A stretch of DNA of 64,000 nt, taken from positions 19,276 to 83,275 of the forward strand of contig JAGWBJ010000005.1 of the NCBI GenBank assembly GCA_021295955.1. Direction: 5' to 3'. Position numbers and translations under genes: made by a program. The notes under the pieces were generated by a model. That model was not told the DNA's origin. It did no database searches and saw only the letters and a program-made list of their open reading frames with translations. Origin of the DNA: Dehalococcoidia bacterium. GTDB taxonomy: Bacteria; Chloroflexota; Dehalococcoidia; Lucifugimonadales; JAGWBF01. Below are positions 17,115 to 24,753 of this stretch, piece after piece; positions within the stretch are counted from its first letter, which is position 1, and every line of letters begins with the position of its first letter.

Positions 17115-18151
17115 CGCACCACGGCGTCCAGCAGACGCGCCAGGGCCTCGTTCTCCCACCTGAGCCGGTTTTCCTGCACCCGGTCGTTGGTCCAAAACCC
17201 GGGGTTGTGCACGACGACCATGTCCAGGCTGGGGCATACCCATATGTGCCTGGCGCCCCCTCCCCACGCGGCGAAGGAGTCCCGCGGCGCGTCGGGCCAC
17301 GCCTTGCCATGGTCGTTCACCCAGAACCCGTGGCCGTACATCCATTTCTCTTCGGACTCGTTGGCCAGGATGTCCGGGTTGGTCACGGTGGCCTGCTTCA
17401 GATAGTCTGACGGGACGACCTGGACCCCGTCCCAATCGCCCCCGCTGAGCCACAGATGGCCCAGGCGGGCCGAGTCGTGCGCGGTGGCCAGTATCTGCAG
17501 CGAGTGGCCAAACACGTTCCTCTTCCTGCCTTCGCCCGGGCCGTACTGGAAGTCGGTGTAGTCGTGGCCCCAAGAGCCCCCTATGGGGTCGCGGAGCTTC
17601 TCCTCCACCAGGCGGGCGCAGCCCGGAAGCCGCCCGGGGTCGCCGCTGTCGTATAGGCCGTAGATGGTCGCCAGCGAGTTGCTGACGATGTTCATGCCGA
17701 AGGTCTGGTAGTGGAACCGCTTGCCGGGCTGCTCTCCGGGTTTCATGTATCCCGAGGTGTTGCAGATTAGCTGGCGAAAGGTTATCTCCCGGTCTTTGCC
17801 GAGGGCCCACCTGCCGGCCTTGGGACCCTGCCCCTCGGCCACGTCCATCATCTCCGGGTAGTAGTCGACCACCGGCGCGTCCAGGCTTGGGACCATCCCC
17901 TCGGACACGGCGATGCCCAGCAGGCAGGAGTAGGCCGACTTGACGGCCGAGGCCTGGGCAAGCTGCCGGGCGGGCTCGACTCCCTCGCTCCACTCTACGG
18001 CAAGATAGCCGTGCCGCGCCACCACGACCCGGAAGGGCTCCCCGAAGGAGCGGGCCCACGCCCCCACGGACTCCAGCTTGGAGGGGTCCAGACCCACGTC
18101 TCCCGGGGAACGGACCTGCCACCGGGCGCCCGGAAACACCCTGTCCATCAC
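17111..18151 (-). CDS. serine hydrolase (class C beta-lactamase / DD-peptidase fold)
   Basis: 346 aa. SxxK motif present (SAVKSAYSCLLG). Beta-lactamase-family architecture. Confidence 0.8.
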   Translation of the reverse strand: MMDRVFPGARWQVRSPGDVGLDPSKLESVGAWARSFGEPFRVVVARHGYLAVEWSEGVEPARQLAQASAVKSAYSCLLGIAVSEGMVPSLDAPVVDYYPEMMDVAEGQGPKAGRWALGKDREITFRQLICNTSGYMKPGEQPGKRFHYQTFGMNIVSNSLATIYGLYDSGDPGRLPGCARLVEEKLRDPIGGSWGHDYTDFQYGPGEGRKRNVFGHSLQILATAHDSARLGHLWLSGGDWDGVQVVPSDYLKQATVTNPDILANESEEKWMYGHGFWVNDHGKAWPDAPRDSFAAWGGGARHIWVCPSLDMVVVHNPGFWTNDRVQENRLRWENEALARLLDAVVR

Positions 18152-18537
18152 AGCCCTTCAGACGGCCCTTGGGTGGAATGGGACCGCAGCTCCTCGCACG
18201 TCTCCTGGTCGGCCTCGGCCAGGTCCGGCTGGTCGTTGAACAGGTACACCACGGAGCGCCAGGCGTAGAACCGGTCGTCCTTGGGGTCTAGCTGGATAGC
18301 CTTGCTCAGGTCGGCTAGGGCCTCCTCGTACCATCCCACCTCGTAGTAGGAGCCGCCGCGGTTGAAGTAGGCCTCGACGAAGGTCGAGTCCAGCTCTATG
18401 GCGCTGGTATAGTCTGAGATGGCCTTGCCGTATATGCCGGTCCGGCTATAGCGGTTGCCCCGCTCGTTGTATCCCCGTGCGTCCTGGGGCTCGGGCTCGC
18501 TCGTGGGGCCCCGTCTCGTTACGCGTTGGTCGGCCAC
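18148..18537 (-). CDS. tetratricopeptide (TPR) repeat protein
   Basis: 129 aa with TPR-like repeats (YNERGNRYSRTGIYGKAISDYTSAIELD, AYFNRGGSYYEVGWYEEALADLSKAIQLDP). 4-nt overlap with the downstream gene. Confidence 0.75.
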   Translation of the reverse strand: MADQRVTRRGPTSEPEPQDARGYNERGNRYSRTGIYGKAISDYTSAIELDSTFVEAYFNRGGSYYEVGWYEEALADLSKAIQLDPKDDRFYAWRSVVYLFNDQPDLAEADQETCEELRSHSTQGPSEGL

Positions 18538-18548
18538 GATGCTACGCC

Positions 18549-18764
18549 CTAGGAGCTGCCGGCCGGAGGGAGGCTATCCACCTCTCTCTGGATGGACTCG
18601 ACGCGCCCGGCCAGCTCCCTGAGCTCCGGTGTGTTGTCCTGGCAGCTAGGACACCAGACCCGGGCCCTGGACGAGAGCATCATGTTCTCCTGTTTCACGG
18701 AGAAAGAGCCGACCTGTTCATTGCAGACGCCGCACTTCTGGACCACGTCGATCTCTCCAGCCAT
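18549..18764 (-). CDS. small zinc-ribbon protein (CxxC...CxxC)
   Basis: 71 aa with CGVC and CPSC pairs 24 residues apart. GGGAGG precedes the ATG. First gene of the minus-strand block 18764-16620. Confidence 0.55.
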   Translation of the reverse strand: MAGEIDVVQKCGVCNEQVGSFSVKQENMMLSSRARVWCPSCQDNTPELRELAGRVESIQREVDSLPPAGSS

Positions 18765-18979
18765 AGACCTCCCTCGTTCCGCCGGACTTCTATGCGCCCC
18801 TCAAGGAGGATTATAGCAACCGGCATCAAGGTTTGCACATGGTCTACCGTCAGACCGGGTGTCCGGCGGCGCCGTGAGAAAGAACGCTGGCGGCGGATGG
18901 CGGGCCGTTGCCGGTCACCGATAGCGGCGGCTTGTAATCTGTAACAGCCATGTACTACTATTGGTGCAGGAGGTGCCCT

Positions 18980-20122
18980 ATGGCAGAGAGCCCCCATCGT
19001 CAGGAGGCGGAGCATCACGACGATTCCGCCCATGATGATCCCTCAGGCCGCGCCCGTGCCGATCACGAAGGGCACGGCCACGACGAGCACGAGGGGCATG
19101 GCCATGCAGAGCACGAGGGGCACGGCCACGACGAGCACGAGGGCCACGGCCACGATGAGCACGAGGGCCACGACGAGCACGGTCACGCAGGGCACGACCA
19201 CGCCCACGACTTACGGGGCGCCAGCCGCCGCAGCCTGATCGTCGCCCTGGTGCTGATTAGCACCTACATGGTGGCGGAGGTGGTCGGCGGCGTCCTGTCA
19301 GGCAGCCTGGCGTTGCTGGCGGACGCCGGGCACATGCTCACCGACGCGGCGGCCATCACCATGGCCCTGGTGGCCATGTGGATTGCCCAGAAAGAGCCCT
19401 CGGTAGAGCGTACTTTCGGGTATCACCGCACCGAGATCCTCGCCGCGCTGGCCAACACCTTCGCCTTGTGGCTCATCGCCGGGTGGATCGTCTGGGAGGC
19501 CTACCACCGGGCCTTCAGGGAAGATGTCGAGGTGGTCGGCTTGCCGGTCCTCCTGGTAGGCATAGGCGGCTTCGTGATAAACGTGATCGCCGCATGGGTA
19601 CTGCACCGCTCCTCGGGGGAGAGCCTCAACGTGGAGGGCGCTTTCCAGCACGTGCTGGCGGACCTGCTGGGGTCCGTGGGCGTCATAATCTCTGCCGTAC
19701 TGATCATCGCATTCGAGTGGCACATAGCGGACCCGATTCTCAGCGTCGTCATCGCGGTCCTCATCGTGTACAACACCCGGAAGCTGATCGTCAACATACT
19801 TAATGTGCTGCTGGAGGGGAGCCCCGAGCGTATCGACGTTTACAAGCTGTGCCACGACATAGAGGAAATGGAAGGAGTTACCCTGATCCACGACGTTCAC
19901 GTCTGGACCATAACCTCAGGCAACGAGGCCTTCACCGCCCACGTGCTGTTGGACCCCGCCTACCAGGGCAACCTGGACGGGCTGATCAAAGGGATGCAAG
20001 ACCTGCTGCACAACGAGTATGGCATCGGCCACGCCACCATACAGGTGGAGCGGTCCGTGGAGGGTTGCACCGAGAACCACCACGTGGGCCACCTGCTGGC
20101 CTACGCCCGCTCTACGGGTTAA
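18980..20122 (+). CDS. cation diffusion facilitator (CDF) metal efflux transporter (CzcD/ZitB-like) with a His-rich N-terminal tail
   Basis: ATG at 18980 lies 6 nt after AGGAGG. CDF core motifs present (LLADAGHMLTDAAA, FGYHRTEILAALAN, HVLADLLGS, HDVHVWT). N-terminal HEGHGHDE octapeptide repeats. Confidence 0.92.
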   Translation: MAESPHRQEAEHHDDSAHDDPSGRARADHEGHGHDEHEGHGHAEHEGHGHDEHEGHGHDEHEGHDEHGHAGHDHAHDLRGASRRSLIVALVLISTYMVAEVVGGVLSGSLALLADAGHMLTDAAAITMALVAMWIAQKEPSVERTFGYHRTEILAALANTFALWLIAGWIVWEAYHRAFREDVEVVGLPVLLVGIGGFVINVIAAWVLHRSSGESLNVEGAFQHVLADLLGSVGVIISAVLIIAFEWHIADPILSVVIAVLIVYNTRKLIVNILNVLLEGSPERIDVYKLCHDIEEMEGVTLIHDVHVWTITSGNEAFTAHVLLDPAYQGNLDGLIKGMQDLLHNEYGIGHATIQVERSVEGCTENHHVGHLLAYARSTG

Positions 20123-20160
20123 GAGAGACCGCAGCGGGCCAGCCCGTTGCGGTCTGAGGC

Positions 20161-20207
20161 AAAAGCAAAAGCCCCGCCGGACTGCAAGTCCGGCGGGGCC
20201 TCTTTTC
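20161..20207. terminator. bidirectional intrinsic terminator between convergent genes
   Basis: A 13-bp perfect stem GCCCCGCCGGACT (20171-20183) / AGTCCGGCGGGGC (20187-20199) with a 3-nt loop, flanked by AAAAGCAAAA upstream and CTCTTTTC downstream. A second long hairpin lies at 20126-20155. Confidence 0.8.
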
Positions 20208-20224
20208 AGGTCGGAAGGCTTCGT

Positions 20225-20464
20225 CTAGTGGGCGTGGCCCGCGTGTTCGTGGACGTGGTGCTCGTGCTCGTCACACTCGTGAAGGTCGTGCACGTGCCCG
20301 GGCTCATCCCCGTGGTGCTCGTGGGTGTCGCACTCGTGGGAGAGATGGTCGTGGGACTCAGTATGATGCTCGTGGGCATCGCACTCGTGCTCGGCGTGCA
20401 TGTGGCCGGGTTCGTTACCGTGGTGTTCGTGGGTATCACACTCGTGGACGTCGTGTTTCTGCAA
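20225..20464 (-). CDS. histidine/cysteine-rich repeat protein, putative metal-binding (79 aa)
   Basis: TTG start at 20464 lies 10 nt after GGAGGT, and an in-frame stop sits just upstream. Four repeats begin HECD(T/A/E)HEHH. 27 His and 4 Cys in 79 residues. Confidence 0.65.
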   Translation of the reverse strand: MQKHDVHECDTHEHHGNEPGHMHAEHECDAHEHHTESHDHLSHECDTHEHHGDEPGHVHDLHECDEHEHHVHEHAGHAH

Positions 20465-20494
20465 CCTTGCTCATACCTCCTAAAGTGATACTCT

Positions 20495-20545
20495 ATTCTC
20501 AACTACGGATGGGTCGCATGTCAAGCACCTCGGGCCCATGCGACC
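20495..20545 (-). promoter_or_regulatory. candidate promoter with a flanking 9-bp inverted repeat (operator) for the His-rich gene
   Basis: On the minus strand: TTGACA (plus coordinates 20519-20524), an 18-nt spacer, GAGAAT (20495-20500). Inverted repeat GGTCGCATG (20512-20520) / CATGCGACC (20537-20545) brackets the -35. Confidence 0.4.
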
Positions 20546-20718
20546 GAAAATGTGTCAATATGTGTCACGCTACCGCCAAAGACCTCTTGGCCACGCGGTT
20601 GTACAGGTAGTGAGCAGCCCAGCCACTGACTGCCCAGGGCACAATCGCAACGGCAAGCGCGGCGGCCCAGCCAAGCGGCCGTCCAGGCTGCCAGGCACCG
20701 GGGACGTAACGACGGCGG

Positions 20719-21927
20719 CTATCCTCCGAGGGCGCCGTGACAGTCGAGGACTCGGGCCAGCTCGGCGATCCCGTCGTACACGGTCTCGGCCGACGGGTGG
20801 CCGAAGCAGAGGCGGGCGCAGTTGACCCCCTTGCCCTCGGGGGAGAACTGGCTCCCGTTGTAGTAGGCCACGCCCTCGGCCATGGCCTGGGCCTGCACCG
20901 CGGCCAGGTCGGCGCCCTCGGGGAGCCTCAGCCAGACGTACAGCCCCCCCTCGGGGGCGTTCCATCTGGCGGAGCTACCGAAGCTCTCCCCCAGGGACGC
21001 CAGCATGGCGTCCCGCTTCACCCTGAGCGCCTCGTTCTCCTCGGCTATGTGGGAGTACATGTTGTGCTTCAGGTACTCCTCGATGGCCAGCGCCGAGAAC
21101 TGGCTGGGGCCGCCGCCGGGCCTGCCGCTCAACGCCCTATGAAGCACCTCCGGGGGCGCCACCATGTAACCCATGCGCATGCCCGGGGCAAGTATCTTGG
21201 AGAAGGAGCCCACGTAGATGACCCGGCCCGCGCCATCCATGGAGTGGAAGGAGGCAACGTCCTCGCCCTCGAATCGGAGGTCCACGTAGCAGTCGTCCTC
21301 GAACACCGGCACGCCGTGGTCCCCGGTAATCTCCAAGACAGCCTTACGGCGCTCCAGGCTCATGGTCCAGCCCAGGGGGTTTTGGAACGTGGGTATCGTG
21401 TACAGGAACTTCACGACGCTGTCCCGCCCGCGCAAGTCGGCCAGCGTCTCTTCCAGCGCCTCGGGCACGATCCCCCCGTCGTCACAGGCCACGCCCACCA
21501 CGTTGACGCCGTATCGGCGGAGCTGGCGCAGGGTCCCCAGGTAGACGTACTCCTCGGTCAGAACGGTGTCTCCGGGGTCCGTCAGGGCCTGTATCAGCAT
21601 CCCGATGGCCTCCGAGGAGCCCGAGGTCATGACGACGTGGTCCGGGTCGACGGTCATGCCCCGGTCTCGGGCCAGCTTCTTTGCCACAAGCTGGCGAAGG
21701 GAGAGGAGGCCCGCCGCATCGGGGTAGTAGGCCAGGTCCCTGCCCTCCCGGTCCAGGGCCGTCCTAAGGGAGTCCACGAGCCCCTCCAGCGGGATGGTGT
21801 CCGGGTCGGGGTAGGCCACGGCAAAGTCGTACTTGGCCGTGGGAAAGGGGGATGGGGGGCTGGCGGGCATGTCCTTGGAGAACAGCTCGTCGTAGCTGAA
21901 CCGCCCGGTCGTCGCCATGGGATGCAC
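20719..21927 (-). CDS. PLP-dependent aminotransferase, class I/II
   Basis: 402 aa. PLP-lysine block SFSKILAPGMRMGY. Typical fold-type I architecture. Confidence 0.88.
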   Translation of the reverse strand: MHPMATTGRFSYDELFSKDMPASPPSPFPTAKYDFAVAYPDPDTIPLEGLVDSLRTALDREGRDLAYYPDAAGLLSLRQLVAKKLARDRGMTVDPDHVVMTSGSSEAIGMLIQALTDPGDTVLTEEYVYLGTLRQLRRYGVNVVGVACDDGGIVPEALEETLADLRGRDSVVKFLYTIPTFQNPLGWTMSLERRKAVLEITGDHGVPVFEDDCYVDLRFEGEDVASFHSMDGAGRVIYVGSFSKILAPGMRMGYMVAPPEVLHRALSGRPGGGPSQFSALAIEEYLKHNMYSHIAEENEALRVKRDAMLASLGESFGSSARWNAPEGGLYVWLRLPEGADLAAVQAQAMAEGVAYYNGSQFSPEGKGVNCARLCFGHPSAETVYDGIAELARVLDCHGALGG

Positions 21928-22027
21928 CTCCCTCGGATATCGGCAGGCGGCCTGGAGCGCCCACCGTGGGGCCCATTATAGCAGGCGTCCACGCTGCTCC
22001 GGCTCGGGCGCTGGCAACGGCGGGCGA

Positions 22028-22057
22028 TTGACACTCCACGGCGCCCGCAACTATACT
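22028..22057 (+). promoter_or_regulatory. candidate sigma-70-type promoter upstream of DUF1800 copy 1
   Basis: TTGACA (22028-22033), an 18-nt spacer, TATACT (22052-22057), about 98 nt before the ATG at 22156. Confidence 0.45.
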
Positions 22058-22155
22058 CCCTACAGCACCCACACGTGTGCCATAGTGTTACGCAGACCGC
22101 ATCCATGCGTCGATAGGGGGCATGGGCAGCGGGGGTCGATAGCGGGAGGTAGGAG

Positions 22156-23592
22156 ATGGCGCAGGAGCAGATCGCGTTGATGGCCCACCTTATGCGCCGG
22201 GCCGGTTTCGGGGCTAACAGGGACGAGCTGGAACGGTACGCGGCCCAGGGATACGAAGCGACGGTGGAGGACCTGCTCCATCCAGAGAAGGCCCCGCCTG
22301 CCCTGGAGGACGAGGACCTGATCAAGCGGTATCACGTCGACGAGAACGGCCTCCAGCCCCTGGATAGCTGCCAGACCTACTGGATATACCGCATGATCAA
22401 CACCAGGCGGCCCCTGGAGGAGAAGATGGCCCTCTTCTGGCACGGCATATTCGCCACGGGCTACACCAAGCTCAACCAGCCCAAGGCCATCCTCAACCAG
22501 CTTGGCATGTTTCGCCGGCACGGGCTGGGCAAGTTCAGCAACCTGCTGGTGGAGCTGTCCAAGGACCCGGCCATGATCTTCTGGCTGGACAACAAGGACA
22601 GCCACCGTTACGAGCCCAACGAGAACTACGGGCGCGAGCTGCTGGAGCTGTTCTCCATGGGTGTCGGCAACTACACCGAGCAGGACGTGTTCGAGGCGTC
22701 CAGGGCCTTCACCGGATGGACCATCCGGAACGCGGAGCTCCACACCTCCCGGGTGTCGCGGGACTCGGTCTGGCCCTACGGACGGCTGGACTGGCAGTTC
22801 GAGTACCGGGAAGACGACCACGACGACACAGAGAAGACGTTCCTGGGGCATACGGGGAACCTCAACGGCGAGGACGTGATTGACATAATCTGCCGCCAGG
22901 ACGCCGCCGCCCGGTTCATCTGCCGCCACCTGTACAACTTCTTCGTGGCCGACGAGCCGCAGGTGCCCGCTTGGGAGACGGTGCCTCCCCGGGACCCCGA
23001 AGCGGTACGGACGCTGACGGAGGCGTACTTCGAGCACGATTACGAGATACGGCCGGTGCTCCGGGTGTTGTTCAACTCGGACTTCTTCAAAGAGGCCGTC
23101 TTCCAAAAGATCAAGAGCCCGGCGGAGCTGGTGGCGGGCACCGCGCGGATGTCCGGCGGGTACGGCTTTCCGGCCCTCAAGGACATCGACCTCTCTCAGA
23201 AGGCGACCTTCATGGGCCAGAGCCTGCTGGACCCGCCCAGCGTGGAGGGATGGCACACGGGCACCGAGTGGATATACACCGGGGCCCTGGTCGACCGGGT
23301 GAACTTCGCCGTAGACGAGGTTGGCGACGCCACGCGGCCCGGAGTTCGCGCCATCCTCGACCGGGTACGGGGCCGTGGGGAGGACCTTTCGCCCGCCGAG
23401 CTGGTTGACGTGTGCCTGGACCTGCTGGGGCCGATGGACGTGTCGGACCGGACACGCCGCGAGCTGGTCGACCAGGCCTCCAGGCGGGGCGGCGCCCGGT
23501 TCGGCTCCGCCGACGGTGACGAAGATGCCACCAGGACGGTGCTGGAGGTCCTTCAGACCATCGTATCCACCCGCGAGTACCAGCTCGCCTAG
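22156..23592 (+). CDS. DUF1800 domain-containing protein (copy 1)
   Basis: Contains LMRRAGFG, LFWHGIFATGY, IFWLDN and NENYGRELLELFSMGVGNYTEQDV. No N-terminal signal sequence. Confidence 0.88.
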   Translation: MAQEQIALMAHLMRRAGFGANRDELERYAAQGYEATVEDLLHPEKAPPALEDEDLIKRYHVDENGLQPLDSCQTYWIYRMINTRRPLEEKMALFWHGIFATGYTKLNQPKAILNQLGMFRRHGLGKFSNLLVELSKDPAMIFWLDNKDSHRYEPNENYGRELLELFSMGVGNYTEQDVFEASRAFTGWTIRNAELHTSRVSRDSVWPYGRLDWQFEYREDDHDDTEKTFLGHTGNLNGEDVIDIICRQDAAARFICRHLYNFFVADEPQVPAWETVPPRDPEAVRTLTEAYFEHDYEIRPVLRVLFNSDFFKEAVFQKIKSPAELVAGTARMSGGYGFPALKDIDLSQKATFMGQSLLDPPSVEGWHTGTEWIYTGALVDRVNFAVDEVGDATRPGVRAILDRVRGRGEDLSPAELVDVCLDLLGPMDVSDRTRRELVDQASRRGGARFGSADGDEDATRTVLEVLQTIVSTREYQLA

Positions 23593-23671
23593 GGGCTGAC
23601 CGCCACGCCGGGGGGGACCTGTTGCAACCCGGCGCCACCGGGCGCCGTGGGGGTACGAGGAGGTGCGCAAG

Positions 23672-24685
23672 GTGCTATCCTTTCGCTACAGCCACACCGT
23701 TGGTTTCTATGCGCTGAACGGCCGCGGCTTCAACAACCCCGTGGACGTGGCCCTGGGACGGGACGGCAAGATGTTCGTCGCCAACCGGGCGGGGGCGGAC
23801 GTGGCCGCGAGGATGTTCTACAAGCGCATAACCGTATGCAATGTGGACGAGGAGTACTTCGGGGAGTTCAGCAGCGGCGGCACCGAGGACGGCCAGATTA
23901 TGTGGCCGGTCTCCATTGCCGTCGACCCGGATGAGAACATCTACGTGGCCGACGAGGCCCTGCAGCGCATCTCCGTCTTCGACAGGGACTGGAACTTCGT
24001 GCGAAAGTGGGGCTCCCAGGGGAGCGGAGACGGCGAGTTCGACCGGCCCGCGGGAATGGTGCTGCACCCGGACGGCAACCTGCTGGTGGCGGACGCCCTG
24101 AACCACCGGGTACAGCGGTACACGCCCGAGGGCCGCTTCCTGGGCGCCTTCGGCGGGCCGGGCGCCGGAGACGGCCAACTCCAGTTCCCGTGGGGAGTGG
24201 CCGTGGACCGGGCCGGGAACATCTACGTGTGCGACTGGCGCAACGACCGGGTCCAGAAGTTCGATGCCTCCGGGGAGCATCTCGCCACCTGGGGAGGCCC
24301 GGGAAGTGGCGACGGTGAATTCAACAGGCCCGCCGGCGTGGCGGTGGACGGGGACGGGCTGGTGTACGTGGCGGACTGGGGCAACGAGCGGGTCCAGGTG
24401 CTGACCCCGGACGGCGGCTTTCTGGCCAAGTTCCGGGGAGAGTCGGGGGTCTCCCAATGGGGGATGGACTACTTCATCGCCAACGAGGACGAGCTGGAGG
24501 AGCGGCACAGGGCCAACATGGAGCCCGGCCTGGACCCGTGGGCCCGGGACATACCCGCCGAGCAGTCGGCCAGTGTCGAGAAGCTGTTCTGGGGCCCGTC
24601 TTCCGTGAAAGTGGATGACCAGGGCAGGATCTACGTCGTAGAGGTCTGCCGCGCCCGCATCCAGGTGTACGTGAAGGAGCCCTAG
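23672..24685 (+). CDS. NHL-repeat beta-propeller protein (partner of DUF1800 copy 1)
   Basis: The GTG at 23672 (MLSFRYSHTVG, parallel to MLTYRYSHTIG of the paralogue) lies 9 nt after GAGGAGG; the track start at 23663 is an upstream in-frame GTG. Recurring GDGEF(D/N)RPAG and VAD..N.RVQ blades. Confidence 0.85.
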   Translation: MLSFRYSHTVGFYALNGRGFNNPVDVALGRDGKMFVANRAGADVAARMFYKRITVCNVDEEYFGEFSSGGTEDGQIMWPVSIAVDPDENIYVADEALQRISVFDRDWNFVRKWGSQGSGDGEFDRPAGMVLHPDGNLLVADALNHRVQRYTPEGRFLGAFGGPGAGDGQLQFPWGVAVDRAGNIYVCDWRNDRVQKFDASGEHLATWGGPGSGDGEFNRPAGVAVDGDGLVYVADWGNERVQVLTPDGGFLAKFRGESGVSQWGMDYFIANEDELEERHRANMEPGLDPWARDIPAEQSASVEKLFWGPSSVKVDDQGRIYVVEVCRARIQVYVKEP

Positions 24686-24753
24686 CCGCCGGCCTCCGCC
24701 AGGACCCACGCACCGCACCGCACCGCGGGGTCAGCCAGTCCAGGAGTGTGACC

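Noticed and set aside
17115-18122. Upstream two-thirds of the 500-aa reverse ORF 16620-18122
   Set aside because: It overlaps the serine-hydrolase gene (17111-18151) in another frame and has an Arg/Gly/Pro-rich nonsense composition. Only the C-terminal 164 aa (YbaK-like) are credible.
20570-20718. Possible small membrane peptide on the minus strand (...LGWAAALAVAIVPWAVSGWAAHYLYNRVAKRSLAVA) between the aminotransferase and His-rich genes
   Set aside because: No ATG, GTG or TTG start precedes the hydrophobic segment in that frame, other than a GTG that would leave only 25 aa. There is no RBS.
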